From: a bacterium
GTDB taxonomy: Bacteria > Zhuqueibacterota > Zhuqueibacteria > Residuimicrobiales > Krinioviventaceae
Direction: 5' to 3'
NCBI GenBank assembly: GCA_963675755.2
Contig: CAXXMD010000002.1
Location: 512,001 to 576,000 of the forward strand
Length of the DNA: 64,000 nt
Part shown: positions 8,605 through 19,692 of the stretch, in pieces
Layout: every line of letters begins with the position of its first letter
Numbering within the stretch: the first letter of the stretch is position 1
Made by a program: the position numbers and the translations under genes
The notes under the pieces: model-generated
Databases searched by the model: none
What the model saw: only the letters and a program-made list of their open reading frames with translations
Told to the model about the DNA's origin: nothing

Positions 8605-9840
8605 ATGTTTGAGCGCTTTATGGATTTATTTGACCAGACAGATTTTGAACACATGTATTCAGTTTCTGAGATCAATTCTGAAATTAAAGAGTTGGTTGAA
8701 ACTTCTCTGCCTGCAATTTGGGTGCAAGGTGAGATATCCAATTTTACCCACCATTCTTCCGGCCACATGTATTTTTCACTCAAAGATTCACAATCACAAA
8801 TTACCTGTGTTATGTGGAAAAGCAGAAATTATACCCTAAATTTTGCGCCTTCAGATGGAATGAAAGTGCAATTACGAGGTAATGTACGTGTTTATGAAAA
8901 ACGTGGTTCACTTCAACTTGATGCAGTCAAGATGGTGCCAGCAGGAATTGGTGATCTTCAATTTGCATTTGAAGCTTTAAAGAATCGATTGAATGAAGAA
9001 GGTCTGTTTAGTCCTGAATTTAAGAAATCATTACCCACTTTTCCTGAAACTGTTGGGATAATTACCTCACCAACTGGTGCTGCAATTCAGGATATCCAGA
9101 ATGTGCTTCAACGTCGTTTTCCTTCTGTGCGAATGGTTTTACGTCCGGCAATCGTTCAGGGTGATGCTGCTCCCGATGATATTGTAGAGGCTTTACAGCA
9201 AATGAACCAGCAATCAGATATTGACGTTATAATTCTGGGACGCGGTGGGGGATCACTCGAAGACCTTTGGGCTTTTAACGACGAAAAAGTTGCCAGGGCT
9301 ATTTTTGCTTCTAAAATTCCAATAGTATCTGCAGTTGGGCATGAAATTGATTTTACAATCAGTGATTTTGTAGCGGATCTAAGGGCACCAACACCTTCTG
9401 CTGCAGCAGAACTTGTTGTGCCGGATATAAATGAAATTAAAGATTCCTTGAAGGCATTTCAATCATTTTTTTATCAACATGTAAACAGTCTGATAAATAT
9501 TCACCAAAAGCATATAAAATCAATTGTTTCCAGTTATGGTTTCCGCAGACCTACAGATATGCTGCATACATATTATCAGCACCTTGATGAAATTGTGAAT
9601 GTAATGCGATATTCAGCATTTAATACAGTTAAAAATGCAAAGCAAAATCTTTTATACCAACAATCGAGATTATCAGATTTACATCCGGATTCAATTTTAA
9701 AAAGAGGATTTAGTATTACTCGCAAAGCGGATGGAACATTAATTAAAAAAACAAGTGATATTAACGATCACGAAGAGTTGGTTACACAGCTTCAGGATGG
9801 TTATATATATTCAAAAGCAGAATCAACAAAATCCAATTAA
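8605..9840 (+). CDS. xseA: Exodeoxyribonuclease VII large subunit
   Basis: WVQGEISNF, SGHMYFSLKD, ITSPTGAAIQD, RGGGSLEDLWAFN, SAVGHEID, RAPTPSAAAE. Confidence 0.97.
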   Translation: MFERFMDLFDQTDFEHMYSVSEINSEIKELVETSLPAIWVQGEISNFTHHSSGHMYFSLKDSQSQITCVMWKSRNYTLNFAPSDGMKVQLRGNVRVYEKRGSLQLDAVKMVPAGIGDLQFAFEALKNRLNEEGLFSPEFKKSLPTFPETVGIITSPTGAAIQDIQNVLQRRFPSVRMVLRPAIVQGDAAPDDIVEALQQMNQQSDIDVIILGRGGGSLEDLWAFNDEKVARAIFASKIPIVSAVGHEIDFTISDFVADLRAPTPSAAAELVVPDINEIKDSLKAFQSFFYQHVNSLINIHQKHIKSIVSSYGFRRPTDMLHTYYQHLDEIVNVMRYSAFNTVKNAKQNLLYQQSRLSDLHPDSILKRGFSITRKADGTLIKKTSDINDHEELVTQLQDGYIYSKAESTKSN

Positions 9841-9851
9841 CGGGAAACAAT

Positions 9852-10058
9852 ATGGTTAAACAGACGTTTGAAGAAGCAATGGAAAGATTGGATGAAATTG
9901 CAAATATTCTTCAACAGGGCGAAAGCAGCCTGGATGAAACACTGGAATTATTTGAAGAAGGAAATCAGCTCGTAAGTTTTTGTGAACAAAAATTGAAAAA
10001 AGCTGAAAGTAAACTAGAGATTTTATCTGGACAGGATCCAAACAAGACAGATGAATAA
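9852..10058 (+). CDS. xseB: Exodeoxyribonuclease VII small subunit
   Basis: TFEEAMERLDEI...LDETLELFEEG...C...L; follows xseA. Confidence 0.95.
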   Translation: MVKQTFEEAMERLDEIANILQQGESSLDETLELFEEGNQLVSFCEQKLKKAESKLEILSGQDPNKTDE

Positions 10059-10075
10059 TAAAATAATGTGAGATT

Positions 10076-12001
10076 ATGGAATCATTATTATCCGGTATTC
10101 AATCACCAAATGATATAAAAAATTTTGATATTCCTCAGCTTTCTCAATTGAGTAAGGAAATCAGAGAAACAATCATTTCTACCGTATCCAACACTGGTGG
10201 ACATCTTGCTCCGTCATTGGGCGTTGTAGAGTTGACATTGGTGCTGCATCACCTTTTCAATACCCCTAAAGATAAAATTGTATGGGATGTTGGGCATCAG
10301 GCATATGCGCATAAATTGATCACAGGTCGATATGATCGTTTCCATACCATTAGACAATATAATGGTTTGTCAGGATTTCCAAAAATTTCAGAAAGCGAAT
10401 ACGATGCTTTTGGTGTAGGTCATGCCAGCACAGCTATTTCTGCTGCTTACGGTATGGCTTGTGCAAGAGATGTAAATGGTGATGATTATAAAGTTATTGC
10501 CATTGTTGGAGATGGTGCTTTGACTGGTGGACTCTCTTATGAGGGATTAAATAACGCCGGTGCAAATTTAAAAGATTTTATCCTGATTGTTAATGATAAC
10601 AGCATGTCAATTTCACCCAATGTAGGTGCTTTGTCTCATTATCTCACTAATATTATTTCGAATCCTTTATATAACCGCCTTAAAAGTGAAATATGGGACA
10701 TAACCGGGCGCATGTCAACCATGGGATCACATATCCGAAGGGCAGTCAAGAGATTTCAGGATGGTTTGAAATCCGTATTTGTACCGGGTATGTTGTTTGA
10801 ACAGTTAGGGTTCCGATATTTTGGTCCTGTAGATGGTCATAATATTGCAAGTATGGTGCGTTTGTTCAATGAGGTTAAAAAGTTAAATGGTCCTATTGTG
10901 GTTCATGTTTTGACTAAAAAGGGCAAGGGGTTTGCTCCTGCTGAAGAAAATGCATCAGTGTTTCATGGATTAGGCAGATTTGATCCCAAAACGGGTGAAA
11001 TCTTGAAAAAATCCAATGTACCAACCTTTACACAGGTATTTGGAAAATCATTGGTCAAGCTGGCTGAAAAAGACTCCAAAATTGTATCCATCAGTGGCGC
11101 TATGGCCATTGGTACTGGCTTGAGTGATTTTGCCCAAAAATTCCCAGATCGTTTTTTTGATGTAGGTATTGCTGAAAGTCATGCTGTCACCTTTGCAGCA
11201 GGTTTGGCAACTCAAAAGTTAAAACCCGTTGTTGCAATATATTCCAGTTTTATGCAAAGAGGCTATGACCAAATAATTCATGATGTAGCGCTGCAAAACT
11301 TGCCTGTTGTATTTGCACTTGACCGTGCTGGTATTGTAGGTGATGATGGACCAACACATCATGGTGTATTTGATTTGGCCTTTTTACGTACTGTACCCGG
11401 ATTAACAGTAATGGTTCCAGCCGATGAAGAAGAACTTCGGCATATGCTCAATACTGCGTTTGAAATAGATGGCCCTGTAGCTATCCGGTATCCACGCGGC
11501 AGTGCTGAAGGTGTAGCAATGACTGATAACTTTGAAACGATTCCTTTGGGGACTAGCCAGGTTCTTCAAAAAGGAACTGACTTGGCTATAATTGCATTAG
11601 GCCCCATGGTATATCGGGCACTTGAGGCGGCAGAGATTTTGAGAATAGAAGATAAACTCAATGTTGAGGTTGTGAATGCCCGTTTCCTGAAACCTTTTGA
11701 CGCTAAAATGCTCAATCGTATTGCTTCTAATTATAAACTTTTATTGTCAGTAGAAGAAGGAACACTCAAAGGCGGCTTGGGTAGTGAAATTGCCGAGTTT
11801 GTTCTAGATAATAAATTAAATCATTTGGAATTTATCCGTTGTGGTATTTCAGATGATTTTGTAGAACAGGGTGAACGTGGCTTGCTATTGGAAAAAGCAG
11901 GGCTTGATGCTTCTGGTATTGTTGAAGCTGTTAGATCTTCTCAATCATATAAATCCTTGACTCGAATGCATTTGTTTAAATTTCAAAAACATGTATCATG
12001 A
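10076..12001 (+). CDS. dxs: 1-deoxy-D-xylulose-5-phosphate synthase
   Basis: GGHLAPSLGVVEL, WDVGHQAY, GDGALTGG, DVGIAE, DGPTHHG, IRYPRG. Confidence 0.98.
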   Translation: MESLLSGIQSPNDIKNFDIPQLSQLSKEIRETIISTVSNTGGHLAPSLGVVELTLVLHHLFNTPKDKIVWDVGHQAYAHKLITGRYDRFHTIRQYNGLSGFPKISESEYDAFGVGHASTAISAAYGMACARDVNGDDYKVIAIVGDGALTGGLSYEGLNNAGANLKDFILIVNDNSMSISPNVGALSHYLTNIISNPLYNRLKSEIWDITGRMSTMGSHIRRAVKRFQDGLKSVFVPGMLFEQLGFRYFGPVDGHNIASMVRLFNEVKKLNGPIVVHVLTKKGKGFAPAEENASVFHGLGRFDPKTGEILKKSNVPTFTQVFGKSLVKLAEKDSKIVSISGAMAIGTGLSDFAQKFPDRFFDVGIAESHAVTFAAGLATQKLKPVVAIYSSFMQRGYDQIIHDVALQNLPVVFALDRAGIVGDDGPTHHGVFDLAFLRTVPGLTVMVPADEEELRHMLNTAFEIDGPVAIRYPRGSAEGVAMTDNFETIPLGTSQVLQKGTDLAIIALGPMVYRALEAAEILRIEDKLNVEVVNARFLKPFDAKMLNRIASNYKLLLSVEEGTLKGGLGSEIAEFVLDNKLNHLEFIRCGISDDFVEQGERGLLLEKAGLDASGIVEAVRSSQSYKSLTRMHLFKFQKHVS

Positions 12002-12894
12002 TTTTAGGTATAATAGGAAATACAAACAAGCCCAAAGTTAAACGGGTTGTTAAAGAGTTTACTGGCATTCTTGATCAGAAACAAATCAAGTATGTATATG
12101 CATCAGATCTGGTAAATTTTTTATCATTAAATTCTGATCAAAACACAGTAGATCTCGATTGTATTGGTAAAGCGTGTGATATTGTTGTCGCTTTTGGAGG
12201 CGATGGTACTATACTTTCTACAGCCAATGTTGTAGGGCATCATGGCGTTCCTATTTTGGGTGTTAATTCAGGTGGATTGGGATTCCTTGCAGAAGTTATG
12301 GTTGACGAGATTCATCAGGCTATTGATGATCTTTTAAATAAAAATTATTCTATTATTGATAGGATGCTGCTTAGTGTAATCATACATCAGAATGGTAAAT
12401 CTTTTCATTATACCGCGTTAAATGATGTTGTTGTTGACAAGGGGCTAGGACCCCGTTTGATTTATGCTGATGTAACCGTAAATAATATGTTTTTAAATAC
12501 ATATCGAAGTGATGGATTGATTGTAGCATCACCTACAGGTTCCACTGCATATTCATTGTCAGCAGGCGGTCCGCTGCTCATGCCGACCATGAATGCTATT
12601 ATTGTAACCCCTATTTGTCCACACTCGTTAACAGAAAGACCCATTGTGTTATCAGAACATGCCGAGTTGAATATATCCATAAAACCCGGACAAGATTCTG
12701 TGCAAGTCAGTCTTGACGGACAAAGTATAGCTAATTTACAGGAAAACGATAGTGTGGAAATTAAAAAGGCTCATTATCCGTTAAAATGGGTATCAATAGG
12801 AAAACGTGATTTTTTTGAGATCCTTCGAACAAAGTTAAACTGGGGCATTGATAATCCCGGAATTAAAAAGAACCTGCAGGAAAGAGATTCGTGA
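11998..12894 (+). CDS. nadK: NAD kinase
   Basis: GGDGT, GLGFL, ALND, DGLIVASPTGSTAYSLSAGGP. Confidence 0.96.
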   Translation: MILGIIGNTNKPKVKRVVKEFTGILDQKQIKYVYASDLVNFLSLNSDQNTVDLDCIGKACDIVVAFGGDGTILSTANVVGHHGVPILGVNSGGLGFLAEVMVDEIHQAIDDLLNKNYSIIDRMLLSVIIHQNGKSFHYTALNDVVVDKGLGPRLIYADVTVNNMFLNTYRSDGLIVASPTGSTAYSLSAGGPLLMPTMNAIIVTPICPHSLTERPIVLSEHAELNISIKPGQDSVQVSLDGQSIANLQENDSVEIKKAHYPLKWVSIGKRDFFEILRTKLNWGIDNPGIKKNLQERDS

Positions 12895-15512
12895 GCGAAA
12901 AAAAAGCAACAACCCCCTTGATGGAGCAGTACCTCAAGATCAAAGCATCACACCCTGACGATATTTTATTATTTCGTATGGGTGATTTCTATGAAATGTT
13001 TTATGATGATGCAAAAACAGGATCAGAAATTTTAGGTATCACACTTACCGCCCGCGCTCATGGCAAAGCTGCAGATGTGCCTCTTGCCGGATTCCCTCAT
13101 CACGCCCTTGATAATTATCTGGGCAAGTTTATCAAAGCCGGTCACCGGGTTGCTATTTGTGAGCAAGTTGAAGATCCCAAACTTGCCAAAACAATTGTAA
13201 AACGTAAAGTTGTAGAGGTAGTAACACCCGGTACTGCTATTGCGGATGATTTACTCGAAACCAAACGAAATAATTATCTGCTTGGTGTATTTATCGGCAA
13301 AAAAAAGTGCGGAATGGCTTTTGTAGATGTTTCGACCGGGGAATTTCAGGTTTTTGAAACTATCGAGTCTAACCTTGTTGAACAAATTTTATCAGTTCAA
13401 CCCTCTGAATTAATTATCAGTGATACCCAAATTTCACGATTTCATGAGATTTTTAGAAAACCCATATCATTCACTTTGACAACCCGGGATGATTGGACTT
13501 TTAATTATGATTATTCTTATCAGGCATTGACTGAACATTTTTCCACCTTGTCATTAAAAGGATTTGGAATTGAATCTTTTGATGATGGCATTAGTGCCGC
13601 AGGTGCCATTTTAGCCTATTTAAAAGAAAATCAATCAGAAAAACTTGTACATATTAACAAGATCTCCCGTAAATCTGACAGTGAATATCTCATAATAGAT
13701 ACAACAACCCGACGTAATTTAGAGTTAGTTTATTCCATGACACAAAGCGGAAAGCAGGGAACATTGCTTTCCGTTATTGATAAAACAAAAACCCCAATGG
13801 GTGGCAGGATGCTGGTAAAATGGCTCTTGTTCCCACTTTCAAATATTGACAAAATTCAGAAACGCTTATCTGCTGTGCAAGAGTTGGTAGATAAAACTGA
13901 ATTACGCAAAGAGATTCGTAATACTCTTGCAGATGCCGGTGATCTGGAACGCAATCTTGCCAAGTTTTCTGCTGGCAGGGCAAACGGGCGTGATGCCAAC
14001 TCACTTCTCGCCACACTCAAAGTTGTACATAACATTAAAGAGCTACTTGATACAACCGAATTTGAATTATTGAAACATATTCGCTCTGGTCTGGATGCTA
14101 TTCCGGATATAGCAAATGAAATTGAAAAAGCGATTGAAGACAATCCTCCCATGTCTATCACTGATGGAAGTATCATCCGTCGAGGCTATGACAAAGATTT
14201 GGATGAATTGCGGGAGATTGCCTATTCCGGTAAAGATTGGATAGCAAGACTGCAGAAGGAAGAGCGTGAAAAGACAGGTATTCCTTCACTCAAGGTAAGC
14301 TTTAATAAAGTTTTTGGATATTATATTGAAGTTACAAAAGCAAACCTTACCAAAGTACCCGAATATTATATTCGTAAACAAACCCTGGTAAATGCTGAAC
14401 GATTCATAACCCAGGAGCTCAAGGAATACGAAGAAAAGATTTTGGGTGCTGAAGAAAAAATGTCTTCAATTGAATATGCACTTTTTAATCAGTTAAGAGA
14501 TAAAATTCTGGTATATACACAACAATTTCAACAAAATGCCCATTTTCTTTCTGTATTAGATTGTATCGCCAATTTTGCACAAATTGCACTGGATAATGAT
14601 TATGTAAAACCGGAAATGAATACCAGTGATAAAATTGTTATCAATGACAGTCGACATCCCGTAGTAGAAAAATTGCTCCCACCGGGTGAGCAGTTTGTTT
14701 GTAATGATTTAACCATTGATAATACACAAGATCAAATATTAATAATTACAGGTCCCAACATGGCCGGCAAGTCAACATATTTGCGCCAGATTGGACATAT
14801 TGTAATCATGGCACAAATGGGATGTTTTGTACCTGCGCGTAAAGCAGAAATTGGATTGGTTGACCGCGTATTTACAAGAGTAGGCGCATCAGACAATTTA
14901 GCAGCAGGTGAAAGTACATTCCTGACAGAGATGAATGAAACAGCCAATATCCTCAATAATGCAACTGCATCCAGTTTAATACTTTTGGATGAAATTGGGC
15001 GAGGTACAAGTACCTTTGATGGATTATCTATTGCCTGGTCTGTTGTAGAGTATATACACAATACACCACAGCTTGCCGCAAAAACAATCTTTGCTACACA
15101 TTTTCATGAATTGACGGAACTTGAGATTGTTCTTTCGCGTGTAACCAATTATAATGTTGCGGTAAAAGAATGGGGGGACCATGTTGTATTTTTACGCAAG
15201 ATTGTTAAGGGGGGATGTGACCATAGTTATGGAATTCATGTCGCTCAATTGGCAGGTTTACCCGCCAAAGTGATTAACAGAGCTAAAGAAGTACTTTCAA
15301 ATCTGGAATCTGAAACGCTTGATCAAACAAATGAGCCTAAATTGGCAAAACACCATGAAATGAAACAAACAATTGTAAAACAAATGAGTCTTTTTTCTGA
15401 ACTGGAACAATCTTTGCGTAACGAATTAAAGCAAATAGATCCCAATGAATTGACACCAATTCAGGCATTAAATAAACTTGAAGCATTACGACAGTTGGTA
15501 AATGAATCCTAA
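12891..15512 (+). CDS. mutS: DNA mismatch repair protein MutS
   Basis: TPLMEQY, FRMGDFYEMF, ITGPNMAGKST, GESTFLTEM, LDEIGRGTST, SYGIHVA. Confidence 0.98.
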   Translation: MSEKKATTPLMEQYLKIKASHPDDILLFRMGDFYEMFYDDAKTGSEILGITLTARAHGKAADVPLAGFPHHALDNYLGKFIKAGHRVAICEQVEDPKLAKTIVKRKVVEVVTPGTAIADDLLETKRNNYLLGVFIGKKKCGMAFVDVSTGEFQVFETIESNLVEQILSVQPSELIISDTQISRFHEIFRKPISFTLTTRDDWTFNYDYSYQALTEHFSTLSLKGFGIESFDDGISAAGAILAYLKENQSEKLVHINKISRKSDSEYLIIDTTTRRNLELVYSMTQSGKQGTLLSVIDKTKTPMGGRMLVKWLLFPLSNIDKIQKRLSAVQELVDKTELRKEIRNTLADAGDLERNLAKFSAGRANGRDANSLLATLKVVHNIKELLDTTEFELLKHIRSGLDAIPDIANEIEKAIEDNPPMSITDGSIIRRGYDKDLDELREIAYSGKDWIARLQKEEREKTGIPSLKVSFNKVFGYYIEVTKANLTKVPEYYIRKQTLVNAERFITQELKEYEEKILGAEEKMSSIEYALFNQLRDKILVYTQQFQQNAHFLSVLDCIANFAQIALDNDYVKPEMNTSDKIVINDSRHPVVEKLLPPGEQFVCNDLTIDNTQDQILIITGPNMAGKSTYLRQIGHIVIMAQMGCFVPARKAEIGLVDRVFTRVGASDNLAAGESTFLTEMNETANILNNATASSLILLDEIGRGTSTFDGLSIAWSVVEYIHNTPQLAAKTIFATHFHELTELEIVLSRVTNYNVAVKEWGDHVVFLRKIVKGGCDHSYGIHVAQLAGLPAKVINRAKEVLSNLESETLDQTNEPKLAKHHEMKQTIVKQMSLFSELEQSLRNELKQIDPNELTPIQALNKLEALRQLVNES

Positions 15513-15538
15513 TGTTGAATGAACTGGAAGGCAAGATC

Positions 15539-16531
15539 GTGAAATACAAAATACTTGTAGTTATAAATATATTATTCTTTATGGTTATAGACTCTCAAGC
15601 TATTGAAATTGCTAAATATGCGGGTGATTTTATCAGTACAGGTGTTGGTGCAAGAGCTTTAGGAATGGGTGGTGCTCATGCTGCTATATCAGGTGATGTT
15701 ACACATGGCTATTGGAATCCCGCTGCATTATCAAAAATTCAATACCCTGAAATTTCTGCCATGCATTCCCGTCGGTTTGGCGGAATCGTAAATTATGATT
15801 ACCTGGGTTTTGCAGCTCCATTTCGTTCGTCTGAAACATTGGGATTAAATATCGTTCGGCTGGCTGTAGATGATATTCCTATACCTGTATTAACAAGTCC
15901 AACAGAAGACTTGTCCGAAACAAACAGACCTACTATTGACCATTATGTATCTGATGCTGAATATGCTGTTTATCTGAGTTATGCCAAACAACGTACTGAA
16001 AAATTTTCCTATGGTGCCAATGTAAAAATAATCCGCAAAGGAACGGGTGACAACTCGGCAATGGGGCTTGGTTTTGATATAGGTGCTTTATGGAATCCTA
16101 CAGGTAAATTACTTCTTGGTGCAAATTTGCAGGATATTACCACAACTATACTTGCCTGGGATACAGGTACAAAAGAATTGATTTCTCCTACGTTTAAACT
16201 TGGCGCTTCATATCCTCTGTATATAGGATTTGGCAGCCAATTGCTAGTTGCTTCTGATCTGGATGTTAGAATGGAGGGGAGAGACTATGCAGCACAAATG
16301 AATTTGGGTGCTATCAGTATCGATCCCCGGGTTGGTGCTGAACTATTGGTTAAAAATGTTGCTGCACTCCGAATCGGTAGAGATGATATGGGTTCATTGA
16401 CTGCCGGTGCAGGAATTCGTCTGCCTCGTCTTGATCTCGATTACGCTTTTCTTAGTCATGATGATTTTGATGCCACCCACCGCGTTTCTTTTAGGTTACG
16501 TCTTGAAGAAGATCGGTTTCTTAGAAAATAG
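15539..16531 (+). CDS. PorV/PorQ (UPF0164/FadL-like) outer-membrane beta-barrel protein
   Basis: Signal peptide from GTG 15539 (track start is 15512). GVGARALGMGGA...GYWNPAAL, GFDIG, LTAGAG, LDYAF, THRVSF. Confidence 0.8.
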   Translation: MKYKILVVINILFFMVIDSQAIEIAKYAGDFISTGVGARALGMGGAHAAISGDVTHGYWNPAALSKIQYPEISAMHSRRFGGIVNYDYLGFAAPFRSSETLGLNIVRLAVDDIPIPVLTSPTEDLSETNRPTIDHYVSDAEYAVYLSYAKQRTEKFSYGANVKIIRKGTGDNSAMGLGFDIGALWNPTGKLLLGANLQDITTTILAWDTGTKELISPTFKLGASYPLYIGFGSQLLVASDLDVRMEGRDYAAQMNLGAISIDPRVGAELLVKNVAALRIGRDDMGSLTAGAGIRLPRLDLDYAFLSHDDFDATHRVSFRLRLEEDRFLRK

Positions 16532-16599
16532 CAGTATTTTGCAAGTTACTGCAAAACCTTCCATCTTTTCTGAATTTTATGTAAATCCAAAAATTTCAG

Positions 16600-16628
16600 T
16601 TGACTATGACTGAAAAAAATGTTAATTT
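16600..16628 (+). promoter_or_regulatory. Putative sigma70 promoter for the yicC operon
   Basis: TTGACT-N17-TAATTT with an extended TG motif. Confidence 0.4.
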
Positions 16629-16682
16629 ATAAATCCTATTAAAATAGAATGTTAAGATGAATTTTTATTAATTGGTGCTTGA

Positions 16683-17558
16683 ATGATAAATAGCATGACA
16701 GGTTTTGGAAGAGGAATGGAAAACAACGGCGACATGGAGATTACCGTAGAAGTCCGTTCTGTAAATAACCGTTTTCTCGATTTGATTATCAAAACACCTA
16801 GATCGTTAACCAATTATGAACAGCAAATTCGTGATATTGTTGGTAAATTTGTAAAACGTGGTAGAGTAAATGTTTGGATTGGTATTACCAATGAAGCTGA
16901 AAAGTATCAGGAACTGATTTTAAACAAACCACTGGTCAAAACATACCTGGATATTGCTTTAGAATTAAAAGAACTCGACGTTCCTGGTCAGGTTGATATT
17001 AACCAGTTGTTAACATTACCCGAGATTTTGACTGTAGATTCGGAAAATGATGTTGAAGAAAGCACCTGGCTTTGTGCCAAATCAGCCCTTGAACAGGCTC
17101 TTGGTGAAATGAACAAAATGCGTGTTGCTGAAGGAAATGAACTTTATAAGGATTTTGTTGCACGTGTTAATCAGCTTGAAGATGTAATTAGCAAGGTTCA
17201 GAAATTGGCTGAATCTGCACCTGTTGAACAAATGGACAAGCTTCGAAATCGCGTAAAGCGACTTGTACCGGATACGATTGTTGATGAAGGTCGGCTTGAA
17301 ATGGAGCTTGCAATCATAGCTGACAGGATTGATATAACTGAAGAGTGTGTTCGTTTTCACAGTCACAATAAACTCTTTTTAGAGATGTTAAAAGATGACG
17401 AATCTCAAGGACGTAAATTGAATTTTTTGCTTCAGGAAATGAACCGTGAAGCCAATACTATTGGCTCCAAAACTTCAAATCCCGAAGTTTCGCACCTGGT
17501 TGTTCAGATAAAAGATCAGGTTGAAAAAATAAGAGAGCAGATACAAAATATTGAATAG
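16683..17558 (+). CDS. yicC: YicC/YloC family endoribonuclease
   Basis: SMTGFG, RSVNNRFLD, DITEE, GRKLNFLLQEMNREANTIGSK, EKIREQIQNIE. Confidence 0.95.
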   Translation: MINSMTGFGRGMENNGDMEITVEVRSVNNRFLDLIIKTPRSLTNYEQQIRDIVGKFVKRGRVNVWIGITNEAEKYQELILNKPLVKTYLDIALELKELDVPGQVDINQLLTLPEILTVDSENDVEESTWLCAKSALEQALGEMNKMRVAEGNELYKDFVARVNQLEDVISKVQKLAESAPVEQMDKLRNRVKRLVPDTIVDEGRLEMELAIIADRIDITEECVRFHSHNKLFLEMLKDDESQGRKLNFLLQEMNREANTIGSKTSNPEVSHLVVQIKDQVEKIREQIQNIE

Positions 17559-18142
17559 TGGCTGGATTGGTGAGTAATAAAAACGGATTTTTGGTGCTGG
17601 TATCTTCACCGTCTGGCGGTGGAAAGACCACTATAATAAAGAAAATAATTGAAACAAATACAGATAATTTCAAGTATTCCATATCGTTGACTACCCGTAA
17701 TAAACGTGATGGAGAAGTTGATGGTAAAGATTACTGGTTTGTTGATAACAAGACTTTTCAGGAAAAGATAGATTCTGATCAGCTTTTAGAATATGAAAAT
17801 GTTCATGGAAATTGCTATGGTACTCCCAAAGGTCCTATAATGGAGTGGATCAGCAATGGTAATGTCGTTTTTATGGATGTCGATGTTTTAGGAGCCTTGT
17901 CAATCCGTAAAAAGTATCCTGAAAAAAGTGTTTTAATCTTTTTAGCACCACCGGATTTAGAAATACTTGAAGAAAGATTAAAAGGACGTTCCACTGAGAC
18001 TAGAGAACAAATTCAGATACGGATGGAACGAGTTAAAAAAGAAATGGAACTGTCAAAAGAATTTGACCATATTATAATAAACAATGAAATTGATGAAACC
18101 GTTAATAGTGTTTTATCAATTATTCAAAAAAGAATATCATAA
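17558..18142 (+). CDS. gmk: Guanylate kinase
   Basis: SSPSGGGKTT, SLTTR, GEVDGKDYWF, YGTP. Confidence 0.96.
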   Translation: MAGLVSNKNGFLVLVSSPSGGGKTTIIKKIIETNTDNFKYSISLTTRNKRDGEVDGKDYWFVDNKTFQEKIDSDQLLEYENVHGNCYGTPKGPIMEWISNGNVVFMDVDVLGALSIRKKYPEKSVLIFLAPPDLEILEERLKGRSTETREQIQIRMERVKKEMELSKEFDHIIINNEIDETVNSVLSIIQKRIS

Positions 18143-18167
18143 TAATCCAATTTGTTGGAGGAAATAA

Positions 18168-18452
18168 ATGGCTGAAACATTACCATTAGATGCACTTGAA
18201 AAACATGCAAAAAATGTATATGAAGCAATTATTTTAATTGCAAAACGCGCCCGTCAAATCAATGAACTGCAGAAACAGGTTCTTGACAGTGAAGCGGAAG
18301 CTTATTCTCAAGCTGAAGAATACGATGAAGAAGGTGTAAATACAGATATTGTAGAACATCAATTTTTACGTTTGCCGAAACCTTCCACAATTGCATTGCA
18401 GGAATTTCTAGAAGGCAAACTTGAAAAAGTTGAAGTTGAAAAAGAAGATTAA
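18168..18452 (+). CDS. rpoZ: RNA polymerase omega subunit
   Basis: NVYEAIILIAKRARQIN...PKPSTIALQEF; gmk-rpoZ-coaBC synteny. Confidence 0.9.
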   Translation: MAETLPLDALEKHAKNVYEAIILIAKRARQINELQKQVLDSEAEAYSQAEEYDEEGVNTDIVEHQFLRLPKPSTIALQEFLEGKLEKVEVEKED

Positions 18453-18463
18453 TTCGTTTTATC

Positions 18464-19663
18464 ATGTTCTTTGAAAAAAATATATTAATCGGCATTTCAG
18501 GTGGTATTGCTGTTTATAAAGTTGCCGAATTAGTAAGGGCATTCAAGAAAAACGGAGCAAATGTTCGGGTTATTATGACACAATCTGCAACACGTTTTGT
18601 TTCTCCGTTAACCTTTGAAACCCTATCAGAACATGATGTATTGACTGATCTTTTTCCTGAAGGATATAGCAGGCAAACTGCACATATTGGCTGGGCCAGA
18701 TGGGCAGACATTTTTATTATTGCTCCGGCTACATTAAATACAATTGGTAAAGTTGCATCTGGTATTGCTGATAATGCATTAACTACTACTGTTATGGCTG
18801 CAACAATTCCTGTTGTGTTTTGTCCGGCAATGAACAAAGCCATGTATGCAAATTCTCTATATAAAGAGAATGAACAAAAATTGCTAAAACATGGCTATTC
18901 ATTTGTAACTCCGGGTGTTGGTGAATTGGCCTGTGGCGAGCAAGGTGAAGGGCGTCTTGCAGATGTTCAAAGCATTGTAGACACTGCCAAGCTAATTCTC
19001 TTTGGGACAAACGAATTAGAAGGAAAAAAGGTTCTGGTTACTGCAGGACCTACCGAAGAACCTCTTGATCCGGTACGCTATTTAACAAATCGTTCATCCG
19101 GTAAAATGGGTTTTGCTTTAGCAGAGCAGGCAAGAATTCGAGGTGCTGAGGTTACTTTAGTTTCCGGTCCTACACATCTTTTGCCTTTCGGTAATATTAA
19201 TCATGTTTCTGTCCGAACTGCTCAGCAAATGCATGATCGTGTTTTTGACTTGTTACCCGAGATGGATGTGCTGATCATGGCTGCTGCAGTAAGTGATTAT
19301 CGGCCGGAAAAAACATCTGAGCAAAAGCTTAAAAAATCAGATCAAAACCATACTCTGGATTTGACCTTGAATCCTGATATTTTACACAAAGCAGGTCTTT
19401 CCAAAGGAAACAGGATTCATATAGGTTTTTCGGTAGAAACACAAAATGAGTTGGAGCATTCAATGAACAAGCTTCAACATAAAAAATGCGATCTGGTTGT
19501 GATTAACAATCCGCTTGATAAAGATGCCGGTTTTCAGGTTGATACAAACAAGATAACCATTCTTGATAGCGAAGGTAACAGAGAATCATTTCCGGTAATG
19601 TCTAAAAATGATGTTGCGGATGTTGTAATAGACCGGATTATACAATTGTTTACAAAATCTTAA
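18464..19663 (+). CDS. coaBC: Bifunctional phosphopantothenoylcysteine decarboxylase / phosphopantothenate-cysteine ligase
   Basis: GGIAVYK, APAT, PAMN, LACGEQGEGR, TAGPTEEPLDPVRYLTNRSSGKMG, AAVSDY. Confidence 0.97.
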   Translation: MFFEKNILIGISGGIAVYKVAELVRAFKKNGANVRVIMTQSATRFVSPLTFETLSEHDVLTDLFPEGYSRQTAHIGWARWADIFIIAPATLNTIGKVASGIADNALTTTVMAATIPVVFCPAMNKAMYANSLYKENEQKLLKHGYSFVTPGVGELACGEQGEGRLADVQSIVDTAKLILFGTNELEGKKVLVTAGPTEEPLDPVRYLTNRSSGKMGFALAEQARIRGAEVTLVSGPTHLLPFGNINHVSVRTAQQMHDRVFDLLPEMDVLIMAAAVSDYRPEKTSEQKLKKSDQNHTLDLTLNPDILHKAGLSKGNRIHIGFSVETQNELEHSMNKLQHKKCDLVVINNPLDKDAGFQVDTNKITILDSEGNRESFPVMSKNDVADVVIDRIIQLFTKS

Positions 19664-19692
19664 TATTAATTCATTTTGTTTTTATTATATTT

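Noticed and set aside
16531-16556. Overlapping short inverted repeats after the PorV-like gene (GCAGTA/TACTGC; TTTTGCA/TGCAAAA)
   Set aside because: The stems are short and weak with no good U-tail; I cannot support a terminator or ncRNA call.
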